The notes under the pieces are model-generated. The model saw only the letters and a program-made list of their open reading frames with translations, was not told the origin of the DNA and made no database searches. A program made the position numbers and the translations under genes. Shown piece after piece: positions 37,292-49,582 of a DNA stretch of 64,000 bases. Position 1 is the first letter of the stretch; every line of letters starts with the position of its first letter. The stretch is from an uncultured Bacteroidales bacterium (GTDB lineage Bacteria; Bacteroidota; Bacteroidia; Bacteroidales; UBA10428), in assembly GCA_964646255.1 (NCBI GenBank), contig CAZYDI010000006.1, positions 5,142 through 69,141 on the forward strand, given 5' to 3'.

Positions 37292-38494
37292 ATGGAACAA
37301 AAGAATAATCCGGCCAAATTTCCGGTTCTGTTTTTTTTATACATTGCCCAATCGGTACCCATGAGTTTTTTTTCAACGGTGGTGCCGGTAATTATGCGCC
37401 AGGAGCAGTATTCGTTGCAATCGATAGGTTTGCTGCAACTCATTAAATTGCCATGGATTCTTAAATTCCTGTGGGCACCGCTGGTAGACAATTATACCTG
37501 TTCAGGCCGTCAAATTCGCAGGTGGATTATTTTTTCCGAGCTTTTTTATGCTTTCGTTATCCTTAGCGTTGGTTTCTTTAGCCTGCAAACCGATTTTGTC
37601 CTGATCATATGCCTGGTGATTATTGCTTTTATAGCATCCGCAACACAGGATATTGCCACCGATATTTATGCCATTCAACTGTTAAGTCCCACTGAACGTG
37701 GAATAGGCAACAGCTTTCAATCGGCCGGCAGCTTTGTGGGATCACTGTTGGGAACCGGAGTTCTGCTGCTTGCCTATCATTATTTTGGCTGGCATAATAT
37801 GACCTTGCTTCTGGCTTCCTTTGTGGTTTTTGCCATTGTACCCTTATTGCTGCACAAGCCCCGGCTGTCCATCACAAAAAAGAAGGAGCGCTTTACCCTG
37901 TCTGGCATTGGCACCTTTTTTGGTACCAGCGAAAGGAGGAAGCGCTTGCCTGTTTTGTTGTTCTATTATTCGGGCATCATAGGAATTCTGGCAATGATAA
38001 AGCCTTTTATGGTCGACCATGGCTATAATGTTAAACAGATCGGCTTTATGTCAGGTATCATGGGTACATCGGTTGCCGTGCTATCATCGTTTTTGGCCGC
38101 CGGAATAATGAAATTTACAGGGCGCAAAGGCGCGTTGTATCTTTTTGCTTTTATAAACCTGCTGGCTGCGATCTTCTTTTTTAGTATTTCAAAGGGAATA
38201 CCCTCGCTGGCCGAGTTATATGTTGCCATTTGCATGGTATGGGGTGCATATGGCCTGTCTTCGGTTGCTATTTACACCACAAGCATGGACATTGTCCGTA
38301 AAGGACATGAAGGCACCGATTTTACCCTGCAAATTGTCATAACACAATTAAGCGGCCTTTTCATTGCCGTAATGAGTGGTCGTGTAGGTGATAAACTAGG
38401 CTATAGCGGCGTTTTTGGAATAGAAATTATATTGGCAATAATCTCTATTTTGTTCTTACTTTACACTGTTCCGCTTAAAGCTGGCAAAAAATGA
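37292..38494 (+). CDS. MFS transporter, AmpG/RhtX/FptX-like
   Basis: The 400-aa protein has about 12 TM helices. Its N-terminal signature is LFFLYIAQSVPMSFF...LLQLIKLPWILKFLWAPLVDN. It starts 5 nt after the TBDR stop, and its own stop overlaps the hemN start. Confidence 0.8.
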   Translation: MEQKNNPAKFPVLFFLYIAQSVPMSFFSTVVPVIMRQEQYSLQSIGLLQLIKLPWILKFLWAPLVDNYTCSGRQIRRWIIFSELFYAFVILSVGFFSLQTDFVLIICLVIIAFIASATQDIATDIYAIQLLSPTERGIGNSFQSAGSFVGSLLGTGVLLLAYHYFGWHNMTLLLASFVVFAIVPLLLHKPRLSITKKKERFTLSGIGTFFGTSERRKRLPVLLFYYSGIIGILAMIKPFMVDHGYNVKQIGFMSGIMGTSVAVLSSFLAAGIMKFTGRKGALYLFAFINLLAAIFFFSISKGIPSLAELYVAICMVWGAYGLSSVAIYTTSMDIVRKGHEGTDFTLQIVITQLSGLFIAVMSGRVGDKLGYSGVFGIEIILAIISILFLLYTVPLKAGKK

Positions 38495-39867
38495 GCATGC
38501 AAAACCTGATTGAAAAGTATGAGTTAGCTGTGCCCCGGTATACAAGCTATCCTACTGCCAATTATTTTAAGGATGGTTTTCCGGAAGATGAATATATTCA
38601 GCATATCATAGCCTCAAACCAGGTTCGGCAAAACCATCTGGCATTTTATGTGCATATACCGTTTTGCGCAAAAGTATGTTATTACTGCGGATGCAATGCA
38701 TGCATTGCCAGGAGCCCGGGCGAGGTAGGATCCTATATTGAGTGTTTGCTGAAAGAAATAAGCCTTGTTAAAAAGCATATCGATTCAAACCGGAAGATAT
38801 CTCAGATTCATTTTGGAGGAGGCACTCCAAATTCGATTGATGCCGGCCATATTGAGGAAATAATGTCAGCAATTGGCGCCGGGTTATCATACATCGGCAA
38901 TCCTGAAATTGCCATCGAGTGCAATCCTGCCTATCTCGGTTACAGTTATCTTGACAGGTTGCTGAAGCTGGGTTTTAACAGGTTCAGTTTAGGTATACAG
39001 GATTTTGACAATGATGTGCTGAAATTGGTAAACCGCTTGCCATCAGCCATTCCGGTTGCAGAATTGACTAAATACCTAAGATCGGCATCCCCTTTGGTTT
39101 CCGTTAATCTTGATTTTATTTACGGATTACCCGGACAAACCACCGATGGCTTTAGAAAGACCATTTCCGAAGCAATAGAACACAAGCCGGACAGGTTGGT
39201 AACCTTTTCCTATGCGCATGTACCCTGGCTGAAAAAGCACCAACAAATACTCGAAAAGGCCGGATTGCCCGATTCTTCACATAAGGTGGAAATGTTTCTG
39301 ACTGCCCGTGAACTTTTACAGCAATCGGGATATAATGCCATCGGACTGGATCACTATGTACTGCCTGATGATGAGCTTTACACCGCTTTTAACTGCAGGG
39401 AACTACATCGCAATTTTCAGGGTTACTGTACCCGGCGTACCACAGCGCAGGTATATGCCTTTGGTGTTTCAGGTATAAGTCAGCTTGAAAACGCTTATAT
39501 TCAAAATACAAAAGATATCAACAACTATATTCATGCCATTGGTACAGGTAGGTTACCAGTGGAAAAAGGCATCGGGGTGTCTGCCGATCAAATGATCATA
39601 CGCGATGCCATTAATGGCATTATGTGCAATAAATATCTCAACATGAAGGAGGTAAGCGAAAAGCACGGTATCACGCTGTCCGATTTTTACCGGATTACCG
39701 GTTTTGAGCCCCAAAAGCTTTCAGAACCGGTAAGCGACGGTTTGGTGAAAACAGGCAATGACACCATTACCGTCACCGAACAGGGTTCCTTATTTATCCG
39801 TAACATTGCCTCTGCATTTGATCCTGCTTTTGTACCTCGTGTGGGAACCTATTCTAAATCGCTTTAA
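38491..39867 (+). CDS. hemN: Oxygen-independent coproporphyrinogen III oxidase (radical SAM)
   Basis: The 458-aa protein carries YTSYPTANYF, the radical-SAM motif HIPFCAKVCYYCGC and HFGGGTP. Confidence 0.92.
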   Translation: MSMQNLIEKYELAVPRYTSYPTANYFKDGFPEDEYIQHIIASNQVRQNHLAFYVHIPFCAKVCYYCGCNACIARSPGEVGSYIECLLKEISLVKKHIDSNRKISQIHFGGGTPNSIDAGHIEEIMSAIGAGLSYIGNPEIAIECNPAYLGYSYLDRLLKLGFNRFSLGIQDFDNDVLKLVNRLPSAIPVAELTKYLRSASPLVSVNLDFIYGLPGQTTDGFRKTISEAIEHKPDRLVTFSYAHVPWLKKHQQILEKAGLPDSSHKVEMFLTARELLQQSGYNAIGLDHYVLPDDELYTAFNCRELHRNFQGYCTRRTTAQVYAFGVSGISQLENAYIQNTKDINNYIHAIGTGRLPVEKGIGVSADQMIIRDAINGIMCNKYLNMKEVSEKHGITLSDFYRITGFEPQKLSEPVSDGLVKTGNDTITVTEQGSLFIRNIASAFDPAFVPRVGTYSKSL

Positions 39868-39868
39868 T

Positions 39869-41245
39869 GTGGAAACGGTAAAAACTGATATTACAGTCAT
39901 TGGCGGCGGTATTACCGGACTCACCCTTGCTTACTATCTTAAGAGGGCAGGGAAAAAGGTAATTGTGCTTGAAAAAGCAAACCACTCCGGTGGCGTAATC
40001 GGAACCATCACCAGAAATGGGTTTACCTTTGAATCGGGACCCAACACGGGAGTTATCGGAAGTGTTGAACTTGTCGAACTATTTCACCATTTAAAGGGAA
40101 AGGTAGAAATGGATACGGCGAACCCTGAAGCAAAGTATCGCTGGATTCTTAAAAACGGAAAGTGGGAATCATTGCCAACCGGTCTTTTTTCGGCAGTGAA
40201 AACGCCCCTGTTCACTATGGGAGACAAGATAAGGATCCTTGGAGAGCCTTTCCGTAAACCAGGCAGCAATCCGGATGAATCGGTTGCCGGCATGGTCGTA
40301 AGACGGCTCGGTAAGTCTTTTCTCGATTATGCTGTGAATCCTTTTATTTCGGGTGTATATGGAGGTGATCCCGATACATTGATTACACGGTATGCATTGC
40401 CAAAATTGTATAACCTGGAACAAAAATACGGAAGTTTTATAAAGGGCACAATAAAGAAGCACAAGGATCCAAAAACCGAACTGGAAAAGCAGGTTACCCG
40501 TGAAGTATTTTCGGCCAAAGGAGGGTTGAAAAATCTCACTGATGCACTGGCCTCTGAAATTGGTGAAGAAAAAATAATTAAGAACTGCTTAAATGTGCAG
40601 GTTTTTCCGGTTGACAATGGCTTTTTGTGTAAAGGCACTTTGCCATCGGGTGATGGTTTCGGAATAACATCAGGCAGGGTGGTGACCACCGTGAACGGAA
40701 TTGACCTGGCAGGTTTGTTGCCATTTATCAGCGACAATCGTATCCGTTCAATTTCCAATACCCGGTATGCCAAAATTGTTCAGGCAAGTGTTTGCTATTC
40801 CAAATGGGAGGGAAAACAACTGAAAGCATTTGGCGGCCTTGTTCCTGCCAAAGAGAAACGGGAAATTCTTGGCATACTGTTCCCCTCTTCTGTTTTTTCG
40901 GGCAGAGCACCCGAAGGAGGAGCCATACTTTCGGTTTTCATGGGCGGAATAAACAATCCTTCCATATTTGAAAGGGATGATAAATATATTGAATCAATGG
41001 TACTCGCTGAAATCAGTTCAACTTTACATTGTTCCCGGAAACCCGATATGTTTAATATATTCCGTTACAGGCATGCCATTCCTCAGTATGAGATCAGTAC
41101 GGGAGAGCGGTTAAGGGCAATTGCGGGCATTCAGGAGGAATATCCCGGCCTTTTCCTTGCAGGCAATATACGTGACGGGATTGGAATGTCTGACAGGGTA
41201 AAGCAGGCAAGGCAACTGGCCGACAGTTTAACCGGTACTATATGA
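39869..41245 (+). CDS. hemY: Protoporphyrinogen oxidase (HemY-type, FAD-dependent)
   Basis: A Rossmann motif, DITVIGGGITGLTLAYYLKRAGKKVIVLE, lies directly after a GTG start at 39869. The C-terminus reads LFLAGNIRDGIGMSDRV. The ATG extension at 39758 overlaps hemN and places 37 aa ahead of the FAD motif. Confidence 0.85.
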   Translation: METVKTDITVIGGGITGLTLAYYLKRAGKKVIVLEKANHSGGVIGTITRNGFTFESGPNTGVIGSVELVELFHHLKGKVEMDTANPEAKYRWILKNGKWESLPTGLFSAVKTPLFTMGDKIRILGEPFRKPGSNPDESVAGMVVRRLGKSFLDYAVNPFISGVYGGDPDTLITRYALPKLYNLEQKYGSFIKGTIKKHKDPKTELEKQVTREVFSAKGGLKNLTDALASEIGEEKIIKNCLNVQVFPVDNGFLCKGTLPSGDGFGITSGRVVTTVNGIDLAGLLPFISDNRIRSISNTRYAKIVQASVCYSKWEGKQLKAFGGLVPAKEKREILGILFPSSVFSGRAPEGGAILSVFMGGINNPSIFERDDKYIESMVLAEISSTLHCSRKPDMFNIFRYRHAIPQYEISTGERLRAIAGIQEEYPGLFLAGNIRDGIGMSDRVKQARQLADSLTGTI

Positions 41246-42252
41246 CAAAAGCAATTGTCCTGGTAAATGTGGGGACACCCGACAAGCCCGGAATCCCTGA
41301 GGTAAGAAAATACCTGCATGAATTTCTTAACGATCCGATGGTGATTGATTTGCCATGGATCGTACGTAAAATTCTGGTGAACGGCATTATCATTCCGTTC
41401 AGGGTTCGCAAATCCACCGCACTTTATAAGCGATTATGGACACCACAGGGATCTCCGCTTAAATTTTACCTGGAAGGGTTGACGAAACAGTTACAGCAGA
41501 TGATGACGGCAAACTGCACTGTATATTCAGCCATGCGTTATGGAAATCCGTCGCTCCGGTATGTTCTTAACCGGGTATATGCTACAGGCGCAAAAGAAAT
41601 ATTCGTAATTCCACTTTTTCCCCAGTATGCCGATTCTACAACAGGCACAGTAATAAAGGAAGTTGAGGATACGGTAAAAGACCTGGATGAAAAACCATTA
41701 TTGCATTTCATGAAGCAGTTTTACAACCATCCTGCTTTTATCCGCGCATTTGCTTCAAAGATACGGGAGCAAAATCCGGCGGCATTCGACCATATCCTTT
41801 TTTCTTATCATGGCCTGCCTGTGAGCCATGTACAAAAAATCCATCCCGGCCAATCCGTCACAAGCTGTCATTGCGAAAGCAGCATGCCATCACATGGCAA
41901 ACAGTGTTATAAAGCCACATGCTATGAAACCAGCCGGATACTGGCAAACAGCATCGGACTATCGCGTGACAAATGGTCGGTGGGTTTCCAGTCGCGTCTT
42001 ACAAAAAACTGGCTTTCACCGTTCACCGATGAATTGCTTGTGCATTACGCTTCCAGAGGTGTAAAAAGAATCCTGGTTGTGGCTCCTTCATTCGTAGCTG
42101 ATTGTCTTGAAACAGTTGTTGAGATTGGTGAAGACTATCGTCAACTTTTCCTGCGTCACGGAGGTGATGAACTTGTTCTGGCAGAAAGCCTGAATGCCTC
42201 CGAAAGCTGGACAAAATCACTTGCTGAAATGATCAGTGAAATCATTCATTAG
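41242..42252 (+). CDS. hemH: Ferrochelatase
   Basis: The 336-aa protein carries VLVNVGTPD, PLFPQYADSTTG, FSYHGLP and FVADCLETVVEI. Its ATG overlaps the hemY stop. Confidence 0.93.
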   Translation: MTKAIVLVNVGTPDKPGIPEVRKYLHEFLNDPMVIDLPWIVRKILVNGIIIPFRVRKSTALYKRLWTPQGSPLKFYLEGLTKQLQQMMTANCTVYSAMRYGNPSLRYVLNRVYATGAKEIFVIPLFPQYADSTTGTVIKEVEDTVKDLDEKPLLHFMKQFYNHPAFIRAFASKIREQNPAAFDHILFSYHGLPVSHVQKIHPGQSVTSCHCESSMPSHGKQCYKATCYETSRILANSIGLSRDKWSVGFQSRLTKNWLSPFTDELLVHYASRGVKRILVVAPSFVADCLETVVEIGEDYRQLFLRHGGDELVLAESLNASESWTKSLAEMISEIIH

Positions 42253-42346
42253 TCCGCTGGTTTGAAAAACTTCATACCGGAAAATATAAATATTTCCTTC
42301 CACTGGTTTTTAACAACAATATTTGGTAATTTTATCCTTTATTAAG

Positions 42347-42361
42347 TGATAATAATTATTA
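42347..42361 (+). promoter_or_regulatory. Near-consensus 7-1-7 Fur box upstream of fur(2)-katG
   Basis: TGATAAT-A-ATTATTA matches TGATAATnATTATCA with one mismatch. It contains the perfect palindrome ATAATAATTATTAT (42349-42362). It lies 20-34 nt upstream of ATG 42381. Confidence 0.55.
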
Positions 42362-42380
42362 TTTAAAACCAGCTATAGGT

Positions 42381-42788
42381 ATGAATATCGTTCGTGATAG
42401 GTTGATACATAGTGGTTTAAAGATAACACCGCAACGAATTGCTATTTTTAATTCAGTTATCCGGCTAAATAATCATCCTACCGTAGAGCAAATTGCGGAT
42501 GACATAAGGGAGGAATATCCGAATATATCCATAGCTACCATTTACAAGGTTCTGGATACCCTGGTCGACAATGGACTTTTAAAAAGGGTTACCACTGAAA
42601 AGGATGTATCCCGTTACGATGCCATTGTAGAACCTCACCATCACATATATATATCTGACTCAAAGATCATTAAGGATTATTTCGACAGTGAGTTGAGTGA
42701 TTTACTGATATCGTATTTCAGTAAAAAAGAAATTCCCGGAATTGACATTGAAGACATTAAACTCCAAATTATTGGCCGTTCAAAATAA
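42381..42788 (+). CDS. Fur family transcriptional regulator (PerR/Fur-like, paralog 2, Cys-free)
   Basis: The 135-aa protein has LKITPQRIAIFNSV...IATIYKVL and HHHIYISDS. Both Cys of the usual CxxC are replaced, and the protein contains no Cys at all. Confidence 0.85.
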   Translation: MNIVRDRLIHSGLKITPQRIAIFNSVIRLNNHPTVEQIADDIREEYPNISIATIYKVLDTLVDNGLLKRVTTEKDVSRYDAIVEPHHHIYISDSKIIKDYFDSELSDLLISYFSKKEIPGIDIEDIKLQIIGRSK

Positions 42789-45104
<2,316 letters not shown>

Positions 45105-45126
45105 GGGTTATTAAGTTTTATGGTGC

Positions 45127-45165
45127 AAGGGATGGATAAGGCATTGATATCCATCCCTTTTATTT
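45127..45165 (+). terminator. Rho-independent terminator after katG
   Basis: A perfect 12-bp stem joins AAGGGATGGATA (45127-45138) to TATCCATCCCTT (45148-45159). The loop is 9 nt, and TTATTT follows. Confidence 0.6.
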
Positions 45166-45309
45166 GCATCAACAAAGTTAACGGTCCGGGTATCAGATTC
45201 CCGAAGCTCATCGATATGCGCTTTCAGTTGTTCAATATTAAAAGGTAATATTGCAATATGGATTCTGTTAATCTGCCCGCAATAATTGCCGGCAAAAGCG
45301 ATAGCAAAT

Positions 45310-46464
45310 ATGAAAATAACAAAGCTGTATAAGGAATTTTTTGCCAGTGAAAGAGCTGGTGGCCTGATTTTGGTATTTGTTACCATCCTTTCACTGGTTT
45401 TGGCGAACAGTCCATGGCAAACCAATTATGTTAATTTCTGGAGCACAGGTGTGGGTGGCCATTCCCTGGTACATTGGATAAATGATGGACTCATGGCGAT
45501 TTTCTTTTTACTAATTGGACTTGAATTGGAACGTGAGATATACCATGGTGAACTTTCTGATATTAAAAATGCCTCGCTTCCAATTTTTGCGGCCATTGGC
45601 GGTATGATAATACCGGCGGGATTTTACTTGCTGTTCAATTATGGTTCCGATACCCAATCGGGAATGGGCATTTCAATGGCTACTGATATCGCCTTTGCTA
45701 TAGGAATCCTGTCACTGCTGGGTAAATATGTCCCTACATCCCTTAAAATATTCCTGACTGCCCTGGCGGTTATCGATGATCTGGGCGCCATCATAGTTAT
45801 TGCCATATTCTATACGAAAACGCTCATTTTTCTGAATTTATTCATTGCGCTGGGGATATTCGGATTTCTGATTTTACTGAACAGGTTGAAAGTGCACAAT
45901 TTAATTCCTTATATCATCGGCGGTATTGCCATGTGGTATTTCATGCATAATTCGGGTGTTCATGCAACGCTTACCGGTGTTCTGCTGGCATTTGCCATAC
46001 CCTTCAGGAAAGTAGGGGAAAAATCCCCCTCTTATATACTGCAGCATGTGCTTCATAAACCAGTGGCGTTCTTTATCCTTCCGTTATTTGCGATGGCCAA
46101 TACCGGTATACCAATCGGCGACAGCTGGCAAAGCGGGCTAATGCAAAATAGCAGCATCGGCATTATGGCTGGTCTAATCATTGGTAAACCTTTAGGAATC
46201 CTGCTTTTTTCATTTCTGGGTGTCAGCCTGGGTTTATGTTCTTTGCAACCCGGTATACGATGGATGAGCATAATCGGTGTCGGCTTTTTGGCTGGCATTG
46301 GCTTTACCATGTCCATTTTTATCACCCTGCTCGCCTTTACCGAGCCCGATGTAATAAATAATTCAAAGATAGCCATTATTCTAGGCTCTATAATTGCAGG
46401 CACTATAGGATATGTATGGCTTAAAACCCTTCTGAAATCGGAAGTTGAAGAAGATGATCAATAA
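45310..46464 (+). CDS. nhaA: Na+/H+ antiporter NhaA
   Basis: The protein carries NhaA family motifs: WINDGLMAIFFLLIGLELEREI, ATDIAFAIGILSLLG and ALAVIDDLGAIIVIA. The start is taken at ATG 45310. Confidence 0.92.
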   Translation: MKITKLYKEFFASERAGGLILVFVTILSLVLANSPWQTNYVNFWSTGVGGHSLVHWINDGLMAIFFLLIGLELEREIYHGELSDIKNASLPIFAAIGGMIIPAGFYLLFNYGSDTQSGMGISMATDIAFAIGILSLLGKYVPTSLKIFLTALAVIDDLGAIIVIAIFYTKTLIFLNLFIALGIFGFLILLNRLKVHNLIPYIIGGIAMWYFMHNSGVHATLTGVLLAFAIPFRKVGEKSPSYILQHVLHKPVAFFILPLFAMANTGIPIGDSWQSGLMQNSSIGIMAGLIIGKPLGILLFSFLGVSLGLCSLQPGIRWMSIIGVGFLAGIGFTMSIFITLLAFTEPDVINNSKIAIILGSIIAGTIGYVWLKTLLKSEVEEDDQ

Positions 46465-46501
46465 ATACCGTATATTTACATTGTCACAACATTTTTATCC
46501 C

Positions 46502-47548
46502 ATGGCCAATTCATCTCATTTCAAAACCTTTGCATTTCGGGTACTTTTTCTTATTGGCATAGTATTGCTGCCGTCGGTGGTACGAGCCGACTGGTTAACT
46601 GATTTTGTACGGTTGGATATTGCTCAGGCTTACCTAAAAAAATACCCCTATTTAATTCAGGTTACAGGTACAGAATCTAAACATTCAGTTTTATTCAAAG
46701 TTGAAAAGGTATATATGGATGGTAACAGCATGATGGTATCAGGCCCGGTTATATTAAAATGGACATACTATTCGAGCTATAGCTATACTGTGCCGGAGGA
46801 AAATGAAATGATGACAACCGAGATGGAAGGTATGTATCTGTATGGGTATTATCCGCCCATGCGTGTTGCCTTTCCGTTGGTAAGCTTATTTATGGTTACT
46901 GGTGACAATGTGGCTGGGTCAGAAAAGTTCCCTGACCCTGAAGTCATACCCAATGTTGAAAAGGGATATGCCGCATGGATGGAGCAATTGCCTGAAGTAT
47001 TAAGGGAATATTGTATGTGGTGGTATGAAAAAGCAAGCGTTGGGCCACCGGTATTCCATAGTTTAATCGACAGCGTGCTGTCTGCTCCTGAAGGTGGTTG
47101 TAAACCCCCACCTGATGAGTATGTTGATCTTAACTTTTGTCCGGGTGAAGGTTGCACTTACGGAGAGTGGAAAACAAGTGAAGCTATCATTGTGGTTGAT
47201 AAACCAAAGGGCACCAGGAAAGTTGCTGCCATTTCAGCCGGGGAAACCTTTGCTGCCATTACCGGCAATGTGTATGTAAGGCCGAAAGAGATGATAGCCA
47301 CAGAAACATTCGAGGCATATGATTCAGAGGGGTCAATAATACTCGAACCGGGACGGAAATATTACATATTATCAAATTTGGGAGAAGGCCATGCCCACAT
47401 ATGGGTAAATGGCAGAATTATGATATCGGAAGAGCCTTACAATGACGCCCAGCAATGGTGGGTTGAAGTAAAAACCCGTCAGGGCAAAAAAGGCTGGATT
47501 TTATTTCCGGATACCGGTTGTATATCGGGTGCCGATTTTCTTGAATAA
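46502..47548 (+). CDS. Hypothetical secreted protein with C-terminal SH3b-like region
   Basis: It has a signal-like N-terminus (FRVLFLIGIVLLPSVVRA). The C-terminal WWVEVKTRQGKKGWILF is reminiscent of bacterial SH3 domains. I recognise no firm family. Confidence 0.5.
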   Translation: MANSSHFKTFAFRVLFLIGIVLLPSVVRADWLTDFVRLDIAQAYLKKYPYLIQVTGTESKHSVLFKVEKVYMDGNSMMVSGPVILKWTYYSSYSYTVPEENEMMTTEMEGMYLYGYYPPMRVAFPLVSLFMVTGDNVAGSEKFPDPEVIPNVEKGYAAWMEQLPEVLREYCMWWYEKASVGPPVFHSLIDSVLSAPEGGCKPPPDEYVDLNFCPGEGCTYGEWKTSEAIIVVDKPKGTRKVAAISAGETFAAITGNVYVRPKEMIATETFEAYDSEGSIILEPGRKYYILSNLGEGHAHIWVNGRIMISEEPYNDAQQWWVEVKTRQGKKGWILFPDTGCISGADFLE

Positions 47549-47554
47549 TTACCG

Positions 47555-48124
47555 TCAAACTACCTGGTATTTATTGAGCAAGGTTCCCCTGTTGTTGATT
47601 TTTACAGAACTGATCAGTTGCAAAGGTATGTCGAGCTTTGCATCCATGGCAAAATTTCCTCCCGATCCGAATACCCTGGGTTCAATAGTAAGCCAGATTT
47701 CATCGATAAGGTTGTCTTTCAGGAAGGATGTGGCAACTTTTGGCCCGCCAAGGATCACCATTTTATTGTATCCCTTTTCCCTGTAAAAATCTACCAATTC
47801 ACCAGGACTATTCCTTAGAAATATTCGTTGTCCTGAGATTTCCTGGTCGCGGTATAATTCAGGTTTATGTGTCATTACCACAAGCAGCCGTCCATTCCTG
47901 GGCGGGATAATATCTGCTTTATAGGTATTGCTTCCCATAATAACAAGCGCCGATTCATTCATTAAGACAGAAAAGTACTCTTTGTCTTCTTTTGAAGACC
48001 ATGATTTTACCAGTGGATTACCCCATTTGGTTATTTTTCCATCAGCTGTAGTTACAAAAACCAGGATTGTTTTCACGAGGTTGTGAGATTGGTTTTCAAT
48101 GGTTTTATATAAATTATCCTGCAC
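47555..48124 (-). CDS. Dihydrofolate reductase family protein (RibD C-terminal domain)
   Basis: The 189-aa protein carries ILVFVTTADGKIT, VIMGSNTY, MVILGGPKVATSFLKDNLIDEIWLTIEPRVFG. Confidence 0.75.
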   Translation of the reverse strand: MQDNLYKTIENQSHNLVKTILVFVTTADGKITKWGNPLVKSWSSKEDKEYFSVLMNESALVIMGSNTYKADIIPPRNGRLLVVMTHKPELYRDQEISGQRIFLRNSPGELVDFYREKGYNKMVILGGPKVATSFLKDNLIDEIWLTIEPRVFGSGGNFAMDAKLDIPLQLISSVKINNRGTLLNKYQVV

Positions 48125-48254
48125 AAGGAATTCCCCTGTACTTTATTTCCCAGTAACAATTATTCCCTGGCAAAGTTTGAGCGAGCGTTTCCCTGCCATT
48201 AAAAATCTCCCTGTTTTTATTATATTGCAGCCTTTTAATCCCAAAATTTCCCTG

Positions 48255-49568
48255 ATGAAAGCTTTTAATATTGCGCTGATAGGTTGTGGAACCGTAGGTG
48301 GCGGCGTTGTTAAAATAATCAATGAAATGAACTCAACCTTGTCTGACCGTTCGGGCAGGGAAATCATCATAAAAAAAGTAATTGACATTAATCCTCCGGC
48401 CGCCATTGAAAGGTTCGGACTTAATAGCGACATCTTCTGCGGAGGCGGTAAAGTGCTGTCAAAAAGTGAGTCAGAACACTATATCGAACAAGTCTTAAAA
48501 GACCCTGACATTGATTTGGTTATTGAAACGGTAGGGGGTACCAGTGATTTTGTATTAAACCTTTGTGTGAACTCATGCAAATCGAAAAAGCATCTGGTAA
48601 CTGCAAACAAAGCGCTATTGGCTGAACGGGGAAAAGTCATTTTTAATGCTGCCCGCGAAAACAATGTTTCGGTGGGCTTTGAAGCCGCAGTTTGCGGGGC
48701 CATTCCAATCATTAAAACAATTAAGGAAAGCTTTACTGGTGATGAAATAATTTCCATATCAGGAATACTTAATGGTACGAGCAATTACATTCTTTCACGG
48801 ATGGCCGACGAGAACCTTAGTTTTGAGCAGGCATTAAAACAGGCACAGATTGCCGGATATGCCGAAGCAGATCCAACGCTCGATATAAGTGGCGGAGATG
48901 CGGCCCATAAACTGATAATCCTGATAAAGCTGGTTTTTGGAATCGACGTGTCGATGGAGCAGTTAAATTATCAGGGGATAGAGCAAATCTCCCAAACCGA
49001 TATGGATCATGCCCGGGAAATTGATGCACGGTTTAAGCTCATTTGTTTTGCAAAGCACGAGAACGGCCATCTTTATGGCGGGGTATGCCCTATGATGGTA
49101 AAAAATGAAAATCTGCTCTCGGGAGTCAATGGTGCCACAAATGCGGTAAGAACCATAAACAAGTACGCGGGTAAGCATATCCTGATAGGTGCAGGAGCAG
49201 GCTCTTCAGAAACAGCAAGTTCAATTGTTGCTGACGTACTTTTTATAGCGCGTTACAACGATAAAATGAAAAAATCATTGCCGCAAGGAAGCCTGACCTT
49301 TGAAGGCTTGCGACAATATAAGTTACCCTATGCCATAACATTTGAAACCGAGGATCGTCCAGGCATTACAGGTTTGGTTACGACAGAAATCGGCAAGCAG
49401 AATGTAAATATTTACACGGTGACCCACAATCGCCATGTTTCGGATAAGGCGTTGTTCTCCGTCGAAACTCAATTATGTACCCGGGAACAGATAGATGCGG
49501 CCATTGACGCTATTAAGTCAAAGGGCGTGCTTAAAAATGATCCTAAGGTTTATCCGATTCTTTTTTAG
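48255..49568 (+). CDS. hom: Homoserine dehydrogenase with C-terminal ACT domain
   Basis: It has the N-terminal NAD motif IALIGCGTVGGGV, plus VTANKALL, GILNGTSNYILS and YAEADPTLDISGGDAAHKL. The start is taken at ATG 48255. Confidence 0.9.
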   Translation: MKAFNIALIGCGTVGGGVVKIINEMNSTLSDRSGREIIIKKVIDINPPAAIERFGLNSDIFCGGGKVLSKSESEHYIEQVLKDPDIDLVIETVGGTSDFVLNLCVNSCKSKKHLVTANKALLAERGKVIFNAARENNVSVGFEAAVCGAIPIIKTIKESFTGDEIISISGILNGTSNYILSRMADENLSFEQALKQAQIAGYAEADPTLDISGGDAAHKLIILIKLVFGIDVSMEQLNYQGIEQISQTDMDHAREIDARFKLICFAKHENGHLYGGVCPMMVKNENLLSGVNGATNAVRTINKYAGKHILIGAGAGSSETASSIVADVLFIARYNDKMKKSLPQGSLTFEGLRQYKLPYAITFETEDRPGITGLVTTEIGKQNVNIYTVTHNRHVSDKALFSVETQLCTREQIDAAIDAIKSKGVLKNDPKVYPILF

Positions 49569-49582
49569 GGTAGTGAGGCCAA

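Noticed and set aside
39758-39868. ATG extension of the hemY ORF overlapping hemN
   Set aside because: It would place 37 residues ahead of the FAD-binding GxGxxG, which is normally at the extreme N-terminus. It would also overlap hemN by 110 nt. The GTG at 39869 is preferred.
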